Positions 16,445 through 27,589 of a stretch of 64,000 bases of DNA are shown here, one piece after another (within the stretch, counting starts at the first letter, position 1; every line of letters begins with the position of its first letter). The notes below the pieces were generated by a model that searched no databases, had not been told where the DNA came from, and saw nothing but the letters and a program-made list of their open reading frames with translations. Where the stretch lies: positions 960-64,959 of the forward strand of contig CAWKAR010000021.1 of NCBI GenBank assembly GCA_963847625.1. Reading direction: 5' to 3'. The DNA comes from a candidate division FCPU426 bacterium. GTDB lineage: Bacteria; Oederibacteriota; Muellerivitia; Muellerivitales; Muellerivitaceae. Made by a program: the position numbers and the translations under genes.

Positions 16445-16573
16445 GGGGTCAGGCAAACATTCAACACTTTAGGCCCACCCCAAAACCCCACGCCAAAAAA
16501 CAGGCTCTTATTATGCCACCAAGAACAAACAATGAATAATGGACAATGGAGAATGAAAAAAACAATTGGGAAT
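16445..16573. repeat. R1 repeat, internally deleted copy (head + tail + heptamers)
   Basis: GGGGTCAGG head is joined directly to CACTTTAGGCCCACCCCAAAACCCCACGCC...GGCTCTTATTATGCCACC and AATGRAN heptamers. It ends at the IS110 #2 left end. Confidence 0.65.
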
Positions 16574-16587
16574 TAGATAACATGCAG

Positions 16588-16648
16588 GCCGTTCCTCCCG
16601 CCGGGATAGAATCCCGGCAGGAGTGTCTAGCTCTTAAGGAGGAACGGC
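16588..16648 (+). promoter_or_regulatory. 5'-UTR stem sequestering the transposase Shine-Dalgarno
   Basis: GCCGTTCCTCC (16588-98) is perfectly complementary to GGAGGAACGGC (16638-48), which ends immediately before ATG 16649. An inner hairpin CCGGGA/TCCCGG is also present. The left arm overlaps the IS left inverted repeat. Confidence 0.55.
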
Positions 16649-17716
16649 ATGAGAAATAGTAGCACAGTGGAAAGAAGGGTTGGTATCACCAAGAAAGACT
16701 GCGTTTACGTTGGTTTAGATGTGCACAAACGCAGTATTTACGCGGCAGTCAGAGTGAATGGGGTTGAGGCTGGGATAAAATCCCTGCCGGCTGATCGTGA
16801 GGTCGTAAAAAGATTTTTGGAGAAGTACCAGCTAGGTTTGCGGAAAGTGGTGTACGAAGCCGGCCCCACGGGATATGGATTAGCGAGGCGGCTGAAAGAT
16901 GTTGGAATACCGGTAGAGGTAGTTGCCCCTGGAAAGATTCCCAGATCGGTTGTGGAAGGGGCCAAGTCAGACCGCCTGGACTGCCGGATGCTTGCCGAAT
17001 ACGCGGAGAAGGGGCTATTGCGGGCGGTAGTGATACCGACCGTAGAAGAGGAAGCATACCGCCAGGTATTGAGGCTGAGGAGTTCATTGGTAGAGAAGAG
17101 AAGGCGTGTGAAACAGCAAATTAAGGGTTTTCTCTTGCAATACGGCCTTGAGGAACCGGAAGGTCTGAGCCATTGGTCACGGAAAGCCGTGAAGGCTCTT
17201 GGAAAGATCGAATTGAATAAGGCGCTGCGTTTCACGCTGGATAGGTTTTTGGAGGAGTTTTATTACCTGGAAGATCAACTGGGAAAGGTGAAAGACCAAA
17301 TCAAGGAGCAATACAGCTCGAAGGTCTATGAGAAAAAAACCAGGATATTGAGGAGTCATCCAGGGGTCGGAGAAGTGACGGCGGCGCAGATGCTGGCCGA
17401 GGTGTATCAGCCGGAGAGATTCCAGAACGCGAAACAAGTGGTGGCATATGTTGGATTGGCACCCCGAGTGAGGCAAAGTGGGGAAAGCCGGAAGGAAGGG
17501 CCATTACTAAAAGCAGGGAAAAATCATTTGAGATCGGCTTTGTTGGAAAGCGCCTGGGCTTGGATTCGGGTGGATCGGCAGGCGGCGAAGATTTACGGAA
17601 GGTTGGCGAGAAACACAGGAAGCCCCAATAAGGCCATCGTGGCGATGGCTAGGAAGATATTGGTTCACCTGTGGACAATGTTGGTTCGGCAAGAGGCTTA
17701 TCGGCCATTGGCTTAA
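16649..17716 (+). CDS. IS110-family DEDD transposase/recombinase
   Basis: 355 aa with VGLDVHK and ...HPGVGEVTAAQMLAEV..PERF.....V.AYVGLAPR..QSG... Confidence 0.9.
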   Translation: MRNSSTVERRVGITKKDCVYVGLDVHKRSIYAAVRVNGVEAGIKSLPADREVVKRFLEKYQLGLRKVVYEAGPTGYGLARRLKDVGIPVEVVAPGKIPRSVVEGAKSDRLDCRMLAEYAEKGLLRAVVIPTVEEEAYRQVLRLRSSLVEKRRRVKQQIKGFLLQYGLEEPEGLSHWSRKAVKALGKIELNKALRFTLDRFLEEFYYLEDQLGKVKDQIKEQYSSKVYEKKTRILRSHPGVGEVTAAQMLAEVYQPERFQNAKQVVAYVGLAPRVRQSGESRKEGPLLKAGKNHLRSALLESAWAWIRVDRQAAKIYGRLARNTGSPNKAIVAMARKILVHLWTMLVRQEAYRPLA

Positions 17717-17719
17717 GCA

Positions 17720-17927
17720 GGTTAAAAGGAGTGGTTTAAGTTTCGTGATTCGATTTTTGGGGATGACCACGGCTAATTCCGGTGTCTAGAACACGCCCAT
17801 TAGGTGGTGGCTCCCTTTATTACGTATCGGATCTTATCATGTGCCTTGAGCACGAATAGCAGGATGAATTCACGAAAACTTTGGACCATTCAATAAAATC
17901 ACGGGGCTTGACGAACGGCCTCATAGC
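17720..17927 (+). ncRNA. Candidate bridge-type guide RNA region in the 3' end of IS110 #2
   Basis: ~208-nt non-coding right end. Same reasoning as for element #1. Confidence 0.25.
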
Positions 17928-17964
17928 AGGAATTAGAAGTTGGGAATTGGTCGTCAAACACTGA

Positions 17965-18577
17965 TTAACGGATCCGGTAAACTGCCTTTTTTTCCTCGAG
18001 ATATCCGATCCGCCGCTTGGGTTTCTCTGGTGGCGGAGCCAAAAGCAGAGGTTTGATCTTCCGATAAATATCCCGTAGGGAAACATCATGGGCGATCAGC
18101 GTCTTCTCTATTTCCGCCAGCCTTTTTTCAAATGTGGCAGTCGCGGATAGCTTCTCCCTGAGCTTGATAAAGGCCCTAACGATAAAAACGCTCATTTCAA
18201 CTGCCTGATTGCTGTTCAAAACATTGGCAGCCCTTCGCACCGCAGCGAAGGGCAGGGATTAACGCACCATGTTCGGTGAAGGCCAAAGGAAGATATTTTC
18301 GGTGTTTTCCACGCCCACTTTTTAAGGTCGCAAATTGCGACCTTAAAGAACTATATTCGGTCGGACTCAACTGAAAGGCAAAATCAGGGGGAAACCTTTT
18401 CAAATTGCGTTTAATTTGCTCATTCAGCCGCTTTGTGGAAACACCATATAAACGGGCGATGTCGGCATCTAAAATAACCCTCTGTTCGCGAATTGTCCGG
18501 ATCAGTTCCTCAACAACAACCTCCCCATAGGCCTGCATTTCTTCTGTCATATAAACCTCCGAATCTTGAAGTCGCAA
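17965..18577 (-). pseudogene. ORF6N-domain (KilA-N-like) protein gene split by a 25-nt hairpin insertion
   Basis: ORFs 18197..18577 (...RLYGVSTKRLNEQIKRNLKRFPPDFAFQLS...LPLAFTEHGA) and 17965..18240 (ANVLNSNQAVEMSVFIVRAFIKLRE...) are consecutive parts of one family. Removing 18232-18256 fuses them into one 195-codon frame. Confidence 0.75.
18232..18256. repeat. P hairpin (CCTTCGC-ACCGCA-GCGAAGG + GCAGG), copy inside the ORF6N gene
   Basis: Same loop and flanks as 10819-10844, with the stem changed CA/TG to TT/AA in a compensatory way. Confidence 0.65.
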
Positions 18578-18660
18578 AATGCGACATCAAGTGCTCGTTT
18601 CCATTTTCGGTGCAATATGCGGTCACAATTTGTGACCGCATCTATCATCCGGGGAACATA

Positions 18661-18950
18661 GGGGTCAGACTCCACGCTCCGCATGCCGAACCCCATTTAT
18701 ACTTTCAATGAAAGTTCGGCGCAGATTTAATATAAATCTGCACTGGCAATCTTCGCACTCGGCTGGTGGCCTCGCGCGGCCAGTATCGCACCGATTTCAT
18801 TAACGGTTTTATGGTGAATCGGCGCAGCGTGTAGTAGGGTACAAATTACACTTTACGTCCGCCCCAAATCCCCATGCAAAAGAACAGGCTCTTATTATGA
18901 CACCACATCAACAATTAGAAATGAGGAATTAGAAATTGGGAATTGACGGC
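18661..18950. repeat. R1 multi-hairpin repeat, copy 2
   Basis: Near-identical to copy 3 up to GGCTCTTATTATG. The tail has AATTAGAAATGAGGAATTAGAAATTGGGAATT repeats. Confidence 0.8.
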
Positions 18951-19021
18951 AAAAAGAATTAAACCTAAGAGACACACAATTCGCAGAGGTATAAGAACCC
19001 CGGGATTTAGGCAATTTTGGA

Positions 19022-19444
19022 CTATTTCAAATACTCATCCAGGCCAACCGTTAACTGAGGTACTGATTTTCTCAAGCCCTTATCGCAGGTCACGCACACG
19101 ATCCCCAGGGTTTTAGCCAACGCCACGAACAAGGCGTCATAACCGCTGATTTTGTGCCTCAAAGCCAGATCCAAGGCCTGGTCCCCCTCCACGGGTTCCT
19201 CCCGCAAATGGGATAATTGGAACGAGGCTTTCCAAACAGCCCTTACCTCTTCCACCGGCATTTTTTGGTGCCGGGAGTAATTCACGAGGATGTTCAGGAA
19301 CTCGATCCGCCAAAAGGAAGGAACCACCCATTCCCGTTCGCGGTCCAGGAGCGCCAGGGCCTTCGGGGTATACTCGCCCTTGATGAGCAGGTAAGCGATG
19401 ATGTTCGTGTCTACGACGATCAAGCCATGCCCTTGCGCTTCCAT
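19022..19444 (-). CDS. vapC: PIN-domain toxin VapC
   Basis: LIVVDTNIIAYLL... motif. An alternative TTG start at 19423 would overlap the antitoxin stop as TTGA. Confidence 0.8.
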   Translation of the reverse strand: MEAQGHGLIVVDTNIIAYLLIKGEYTPKALALLDREREWVVPSFWRIEFLNILVNYSRHQKMPVEEVRAVWKASFQLSHLREEPVEGDQALDLALRHKISGYDALFVALAKTLGIVCVTCDKGLRKSVPQLTVGLDEYLK

Positions 19445-19650
19445 TGGTGGATTAACTTTTCGGTGAGGGGTTTCCCTCCCTCATAAGGGGCCGGAAGCTC
19501 GCCCGCGTAAAAACGGCCCTGGTTCCCGCTCAAGCCCGCCTCCAGGAGATAGATCGCCTCCCCGTTCATGGACCGATGGGCTTTTTGGGCCTCTTCCTTC
19601 AATCGCCGGTGAAGCTCATCCGGCAGGTCCTTAATCACCAAAGTCGCCAT
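19420..19650 (-). CDS. vapB: RHH/Arc-type antitoxin (VapB/FitA-like)
   Basis: The internal start gives MATLVIKDLPDELHRRLKEEAQKAHRSMNGEAIYLLE, typical of this antitoxin class. Confidence 0.75.
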   Translation of the reverse strand: MATLVIKDLPDELHRRLKEEAQKAHRSMNGEAIYLLEAGLSGNQGRFYAGELPAPYEGGKPLTEKLIHQWKRKGMA

Positions 19651-19954
19651 GGAAACCCCCGAGGCTGAGTTAACTACCATTATGGAAGCATTATGGAAGT
19701 ATTTTGTCAAGGTTAAAAACAGCCTTCGGTGAATAGCGGGCCCATTTAGAAGATGGACAATGGAGAACGATCAAAAAGAAACTAGGAGTTAGCCCCCCTA
19801 CGCTATCTACCTTCGCTAAAGCTTGTCCCTACGCTCAAGCTTCGGGACACACGTCGGTAGACGGGCAGCGACGGGTGGCAGGTGGCCGGGAATCCCAGCC
19901 TCCGTATACACATTATTTTTCTTTTATCCGCTTTTTTATGGCACAAAATCCCGG

Positions 19955-21009
19955 CCCGAGTTCCATAAGTAAGTGCAACACTTAGTGTCTGAAGAAGGCC
20001 GCATGAATAGGATATGCGGCTATGAAAAAGAAATACAAGCATTTAAGCGTTGAAGAAAGAGATCATTTATCCGTCTTGAAAGGAAAGGGTCTTAGCCTTC
20101 GAGCAATTTCACGCGCCTTGAAGAGGTCTCCTTCCACCCTCTCCAGGGAACTCAAGCGCAATGCTCCCCCTATCCGTTCTGGTTATTATCTTTCTCATCG
20201 AGCCCATCAACGGTATGTTGACCGCAACCAACAACGAGCACGCCGTTTACGCCTGAAAACAAAACGAATTCGTGCCTACGTCCGTCGTCAATTGAAACGA
20301 GGCTGGTCTCCAGAACTCATTTCAGGTCGATTAGGTCACCTACGGCCTAAGCAAACCATTGGTCCTGAAGCTATCTATCAGTGGGTTTATGCTGAAGCCA
20401 CTGAGCTGATTCCTTGCCTAGTTCGACACCACCGGCGACGATTCTCATTTGGCCATAGCCGTAAGCACGCCAAAAACCATATCCCAGGCCGTGTTTCCAT
20501 CGATAAGCGCTCCGAGATCGCCAATCAACGCAAGCAATTCGGCCATTGGGAAACCGACACCATGGTCTCTCGTCAGAGTAAAGTTGCTATGCGGGCTCTC
20601 GTCGAGCGTCAAAGCCGTTTTTCCAAGTTGGGAAAGCTCAAACGAAAGACCGCTCGCCAAATGAGTCATAGCCTCAACCGCGCTTTATGCCGCTTCCCTC
20701 AAGACGCCCGCCTGAGTCTGACCTATGACAACGGAACCGAAAACACCAACCACTTGGAAACCAACCACGTGCTTGGTACAAAATCCTTTTTCTGCGCCCC
20801 TTTCCACAGTTGGGAAAAAGGTACGGTGGAAAATACTATCGGTCTTGTCCGCCGCCATTTGCCTAAAAAGACTGATCTTGCTAAAGTGTCCTTCAAAGAA
20901 TTCAGGACCATAGAAAGATGGCTCAATAACAGGCCCAGGAAATGTTTGGGCTTTAAAACTCCGGCGGAAGTCTTCCGGCGAAGTGTTGCACTTACTCCGT
21001 GAATTCGGC
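19955..21009 (+). mobile_element. IS30-family IS, type 2, copy C (1055 bp)
   Basis: Matches 37618-38672 with 1 nt difference seen. 3-bp target duplication CGG (19952-54 / 21010-12). TIR contains GTAAGTGCAACAC. Confidence 0.9.
20022..21002 (+). CDS. IS30-family transposase
   Basis: 326 aa. Identical protein at 37685..38665. Confidence 0.92.
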   Translation: MKKKYKHLSVEERDHLSVLKGKGLSLRAISRALKRSPSTLSRELKRNAPPIRSGYYLSHRAHQRYVDRNQQRARRLRLKTKRIRAYVRRQLKRGWSPELISGRLGHLRPKQTIGPEAIYQWVYAEATELIPCLVRHHRRRFSFGHSRKHAKNHIPGRVSIDKRSEIANQRKQFGHWETDTMVSRQSKVAMRALVERQSRFSKLGKLKRKTARQMSHSLNRALCRFPQDARLSLTYDNGTENTNHLETNHVLGTKSFFCAPFHSWEKGTVENTIGLVRRHLPKKTDLAKVSFKEFRTIERWLNNRPRKCLGFKTPAEVFRRSVALTP

Positions 21010-21407
21010 CGGATAAATTCCGCGGGACTTAATATTTGTATCCCCTTGAAGTTCTTGAGCGGTTGAAGATGCTTTTTGTCGCCTGAAACAAGGAAATGAG
21101 CTTTGCCGGAAAGGGCGCATTCCAGGATACGGTTGTCGCTTTCATCCTCCCGGATCACCTCCAAAACATGCCGGGTCTTGACCACTTCCGCCACGGCCAA
21201 AAGGCTTTGCCTGACCGATTCGAGCCTTTCTGAATCGAAGTGGAATTTCGCCCGGAGAACCCCCGATAACTCACCCAATATAAAATCGGATAAAAGTAAT
21301 GTGATCTTATCGGCGGCGGCCAAGTCCAGGATTTTTGAGGGGTGATGCCCGGGAAGAATGAAATGGGAAACCAGGATGTTGGTATCCACAGCCACCCGGA
21401 ATTTCAA
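21010..21407 (-). CDS. PIN-family toxin (PIN_3-like); last ~4 codons replaced by IS30 insertion
   Basis: MKFRVAVDTNILVS... The tracked 240-aa ORF 20685..21407 is a read-through into the IS. The ancestral end reconstructs as ...SPAEFIRDFVP then a stop. Confidence 0.75.
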
Positions 21408-21649
21408 CGTTTTTTCCGGCGGTAGTCGTGGACCACCCGGTCCACGTCGCTTTCATTCCGGATACCCAGGCTTTGGGCTTGCTTGGCGCCGAATTCCCGC
21501 AAACTCTCCCACTGCTTCATGGCGTAATACTTCCCCACCGCCTCATTGACCACCTCGCTGCGGCTTTTATTCTCCGCCTTGGCCAGTTCGCCTGCCTGCT
21601 TGAGAGTCTCCGAAGAAAGGGAAAAACTCGCGACAACGGATCTTTTCAT
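21404..21649 (-). CDS. Ribbon-helix-helix (CopG-like) antitoxin
   Basis: 81 aa with ATGA overlap onto the PIN gene. Contains the SEVVNEAV motif. Confidence 0.7.
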   Translation of the reverse strand: MKRSVVASFSLSSETLKQAGELAKAENKSRSEVVNEAVGKYYAMKQWESLREFGAKQAQSLGIRNESDVDRVVHDYRRKKR

Positions 21650-21782
21650 ATCGCCCCCCTGTATTTATTAGAATATTAATAACTTATTAATAACATTTCA
21701 AATACATTTTTCTTTTTCTTCCGGGCCAGAAGACGGAAACAAGCAAAAGCAATTAAAAAAGAACAACAGGTTTCCCCTGGGA

Positions 21783-24300
<2,518 letters not shown>

Positions 24301-24389
24301 AAATTTTAGGAGAAAGTTTAATGGGCGTTGCTATTTATGAAATTCGGGCCTATTGGTGCCAGGAGGGTTGACCCCTTGTTCACATGCAT

Positions 24390-24464
24390 GCCAGCCATCA
24401 ATAATTCTTTTAATGAGGCTGGTATCGTACCGATTTCTTTAACTGTCTTAATGTGAATCGGCAC
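24390..24464 (-). repeat. S element, copy S3
   Basis: Reads GCCAGCC-loop-GGCTGGT, ATC, GTACCGAT-loop-ATCGGCAC. Confidence 0.7.
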
Positions 24465-24543
24465 ATCCGTGGTCGGCGGTGAGCCCCGTCGAATCCGCTA
24501 GGTATTATTTTGGTCAGGTGTGATCTAAACCAAGTCCTCATTT

Positions 24544-24813
24544 TTACTCGTCGCAGGTGATCTCAATCCCGAACTTATCGGCCACGGTCGTCATTCGCAG
24601 GTGCACATGATAGGGATGGCCGTTCGCCCATTTCATCCTCAAGTCCGCCGATTCCCTGGCGATTCCATTGATGAAAAAATCCAGTTGGTTTTGGGCGAAG
24701 AGTTTGACCTTGTCCGGGGTTTTCTCCGCGGTTTTCAAGGGGCCGAAATGATGGTTCACATTCTCTTGGATGACCTTCTGGAGCTGGAAGACGACGTTGG
24801 CGGGAAGGCTCAC
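24544..24813 (-). CDS. Hypothetical 89-aa protein
   Basis: ORF with a GTG start directly upstream of... (in transcription order, downstream of) hisF. No recognisable family. Confidence 0.4.
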   Translation of the reverse strand: MSLPANVVFQLQKVIQENVNHHFGPLKTAEKTPDKVKLFAQNQLDFFINGIARESADLRMKWANGHPYHVHLRMTTVADKFGIEITCDE

Positions 24814-24842
24814 TTTATTTCACCCCCGTAATGAAATTACAA

Positions 24843-25613
24843 TTAAAGCCTGACTGGGATATTTTTGGATCGCAGGTATTCCTTGGCCTCGCGAATGCTG
24901 TACTCGCGGTAATGGAAAATGGAGGCGGCCAGGACAGCGTCAGCCTTGCCCTGGAGAATGCCCTCCGCCAAATGTTCCAGGGTCCCCACCCCGCCCGACG
25001 CGATCACGGGCACGGGAACCGATTCCGAGATGATCCTCGTGAGTTCCAGGTCGTAACCATCCTTGGTTCCGTCCTTGTCCATGCTGGTCAGGAGAATTTC
25101 CCCCGCCCCCAGCTCCACCCCCTGCTTGGCCCATTCCACCGCGTCCGTGCCGGTGGCCACCCGGCCCCCGTGGGTATAAACCTCCCAGCCTTTGGAGGGA
25201 TCGTTGGGGTTCCTGCGCTTGGCGTCGATCGCCAGCACGATGCACTGGGCGCCGAATTTCTCCGCACCCTCCTTCAGTATCCGGGGATTTTCCACAGCCC
25301 TCGTGTTCAAGGAAACCTTGTCCGCCCCGGATTTCAGGAGCGTGCGGATGTCGTCGGTGGTGCGTACCCCCCCGCCCACGGTCAGGGGCATGAAAACCGC
25401 CTCGGCGGTGCGGGTGACCACGTCCAGGAGGATGTTGCGTTTCTCGTGGGAGGCGGTGATGTCCAGGAAGACCAGCTCGTCGGCCTGCTCCGCGTCGTAC
25501 TGCTTGGCGATCTCGACGGGGTCCCCCGCGTCCCGGAGGTTCAGGAACTTGACCCCCTTGACCACGCGGCCTTCCTTCACGTCCAGGCATGGGATGACGC
25601 GCTTGGCCAGCAT
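24843..25613 (-). CDS. hisF: Imidazole glycerol phosphate synthase cyclase subunit HisF
   Basis: [12 protein letters not shown]... The whole length is conserved. Confidence 0.95.
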   Translation of the reverse strand: MLAKRVIPCLDVKEGRVVKGVKFLNLRDAGDPVEIAKQYDAEQADELVFLDITASHEKRNILLDVVTRTAEAVFMPLTVGGGVRTTDDIRTLLKSGADKVSLNTRAVENPRILKEGAEKFGAQCIVLAIDAKRRNPNDPSKGWEVYTHGGRVATGTDAVEWAKQGVELGAGEILLTSMDKDGTKDGYDLELTRIISESVPVPVIASGGVGTLEHLAEGILQGKADAVLAASIFHYREYSIREAKEYLRSKNIPVRL

Positions 25614-25712
25614 TAAAAACCCCCGGGCCGTAAAGCGGCGGTGCCGGGACAAGACCGGTTCCTGGAATTTTCCAGTGGGGTGTTGTATAAAGCCGGTTTC
25701 ATCATTTTCGGT

Positions 25713-26474
25713 TTATTTCGCTTTTCTTTTTTTGATGCGCGGGGGCAGGGGTTCCTTGGCGGTTTTAATGGCCAGCTTGAGGTCCACTTTTCCGTCATAG
25801 AGCGCCTTCCCGATGATCACCGACGTGATGCCGTATTTTTCCAGGCGCTTCGCGTTCTCGATGTCTTTGCAACTGGAAATGCCGCCCGAAATGATGATGG
25901 GGACCTTCACGGCGATCGCCAGTTCCTTGGTGCTCTTGAAATTCGGCCCCTCCATCATTCCGTCCTTTTGGATGTCGGTGAAGATGAGGGACGTGGCCCC
26001 CATTTCGACCATTTCCTTGGCCAGTTCCACCGCGTCGATCTTGGTGACCTGCTTCCACCCCTTGATGGCGACCATCCCCTTCTTGGCGTCGATTCCCACG
26101 ATGATGGATTTTCCGTACTCTTTGAAGGCTTCCTTCATGAAATCCTTGTTTTGCACGGCGGAAGTCCCCAGGATCACCCAGTTCACGCCCAGGGAAAGCA
26201 CCTTTTCAATGGTCTTGAGGTCCCGGATGCCTCCCCCCACCTGGACCTTCAGGTCGGTGGCCTTGATGATGTCCTTGACGTAATCCAGGTTGGAAAGCTT
26301 GCCGGAAAAAGCCCCGTCGATGTCGATCACGTGGAGGCGCTTGGCGCCCTTGAGTTGCCACAGTTTGGCCATGGAAACGGGCTCTTGGGAATAGACCGTT
26401 TCGTCCCGGAGGTCCCCCTGGACCAACCGCACGCAACGGCCCTTTCGAATGTCTATCGCCGGTATGACGAACAA
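25713..26474 (-). CDS. hisA: ProFAR isomerase HisA
   Basis: MFVIPAIDIRKGRCVRL... with a short basic C-terminal extension. Confidence 0.93.
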   Translation of the reverse strand: MFVIPAIDIRKGRCVRLVQGDLRDETVYSQEPVSMAKLWQLKGAKRLHVIDIDGAFSGKLSNLDYVKDIIKATDLKVQVGGGIRDLKTIEKVLSLGVNWVILGTSAVQNKDFMKEAFKEYGKSIIVGIDAKKGMVAIKGWKQVTKIDAVELAKEMVEMGATSLIFTDIQKDGMMEGPNFKSTKELAIAVKVPIIISGGISSCKDIENAKRLEKYGITSVIIGKALYDGKVDLKLAIKTAKEPLPPRIKKRKAK

Positions 26475-26535
26475 TTTCCGCTCCGCAAGTTACATCAATT
26501 TAAAATGAAGAATCACACCTTTAAATAAATCTTTT

Positions 26536-26758
26536 GCCACGGATGCATGGGATTCATGGGATTTACTTAAAATTAAAAATTCATAATTCAAAATTTAAAA
26601 TTCATTCATGTTTTTCATGAATGTTTTGGCTATCCGAGTGCATCCCCTGCATCTGTGGCTGAGAAGGGTTTGCCTTAGCAGATCATTCATAATTCAAAAT
26701 TTAGAATTCATAATTCATTCCTGGATTTTTGGAATGTCATGCATCCCCTGAATCTGTG
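26536..26758. repeat. M2 composite MITE-like repeat, copy a (between hisA and hisH)
   Basis: Inverted ends GCCACGGATGCATGGGAT / CATCCCCTGCATCTGTGGC / CATCCCCTGAATCTGTG. ~120 bp identical to 33195-33319. Confidence 0.7.
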
Positions 26759-26832
26759 CCGATCATCTATAAAAATTATTGGAGATCGGTACGATACCAC
26801 CTTCCTTATAATCTTTATTGAAAGGTGGCATG
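26756..26832 (+). repeat. S element, copy S4 (abuts the M2 end)
   Basis: Reads GTGCCGAT-loop-ATCGGTAC, GAT, ACCACCTT-loop-AAGGTGG. Confidence 0.65.
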
Positions 26833-26882
26833 TGGTTAAAATTTGGTTTTGCTTACGCCTTTCAGTTTTAAGAATCCCTAAA

Positions 26883-27497
26883 TTAATTGTTGCCAACCAG
26901 GTTCTTGAAATTCTCGTAAATTTTCAGGCCCGCGGTCTGGCTTTTTTCCGGGTGAAACTGCGTCCCGAAAACGTTCTTTTCCCAGACCATGCAGGTGAAA
27001 TCAACACCGTAGGAGCATTGCGCGGCGATGATGGATTTATCCTCGGGCGCCACGTAGAAGGAGTGCACGAAATACAGGTACTCCCCTTCCCGGATGCCCT
27101 TCAAAAGGGGGTTCCCGTTTTTCTTGATTTGGATCTGGTTCCAGCCCATGTGGGGCACCTTTTGGCCCGGGGCGAACTTCACCACCTTGCCCTTAAACAC
27201 GCCGAGGCCCTTGGTGACCTCGAATTCCTCGCTCTCGGAGAAGAGCATCTGGAGCCCCAAACAGACGCCCAGGAAGGGTTTTCCGGCGGCGATGTAGGCG
27301 GTGATGGCCTTGGCCAAATCCGACCGGTGCATGGCGTCCATGGAGTCCTTGAAGGCCCCGACGCCCGGCAAGACCACGCCGTCGGACTTCTCCACGTCCC
27401 TCCAGTCCGAGGTCACGCGGGTCTGGGCCCCCACCTTCTCGAGGGCCTTGGCCACGCTGTGCAAATTGCCGACTCCATAATCCACGACGGTAATCAT
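26883..27497 (-). CDS. hisH: Imidazole glycerol phosphate synthase glutaminase subunit HisH
   Basis: MITVVDYGVGNLHSV... Confidence 0.95.
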   Translation of the reverse strand: MITVVDYGVGNLHSVAKALEKVGAQTRVTSDWRDVEKSDGVVLPGVGAFKDSMDAMHRSDLAKAITAYIAAGKPFLGVCLGLQMLFSESEEFEVTKGLGVFKGKVVKFAPGQKVPHMGWNQIQIKKNGNPLLKGIREGEYLYFVHSFYVAPEDKSIIAAQCSYGVDFTCMVWEKNVFGTQFHPEKSQTAGLKIYENFKNLVGNN

Positions 27498-27589
27498 CTG
27501 AACTCCGGTCCCCGGTTGATTTTTAAAAAACAGTTTATCGCCGATGAATATTTTATCGGCGGCTGCCGGCTGTCAGCTTTCGGCTGTTT

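Larger units (their letters stand above)
16576..17927 (+). mobile_element. IS110-family (IS1111-like) element #2
   Basis: Inverted repeats ATGCAGGCCGTTC (16582-94) and GAACGGCCTCAT (17913-24). Ends GATAACATG... / ...CATAGC parallel element #1. Both flanks carry GGGAATT(A/G)-type R1-tail sequence. Confidence 0.6.

Noticed and set aside
20685-21407. 240-aa ORF taken as a single protein
   Set aside because: It is a chimera. Only the first ~133 codons are the PIN toxin. The rest is antisense read-through into the IS30 element, whose end is fixed by copy comparison and a CGG duplication.
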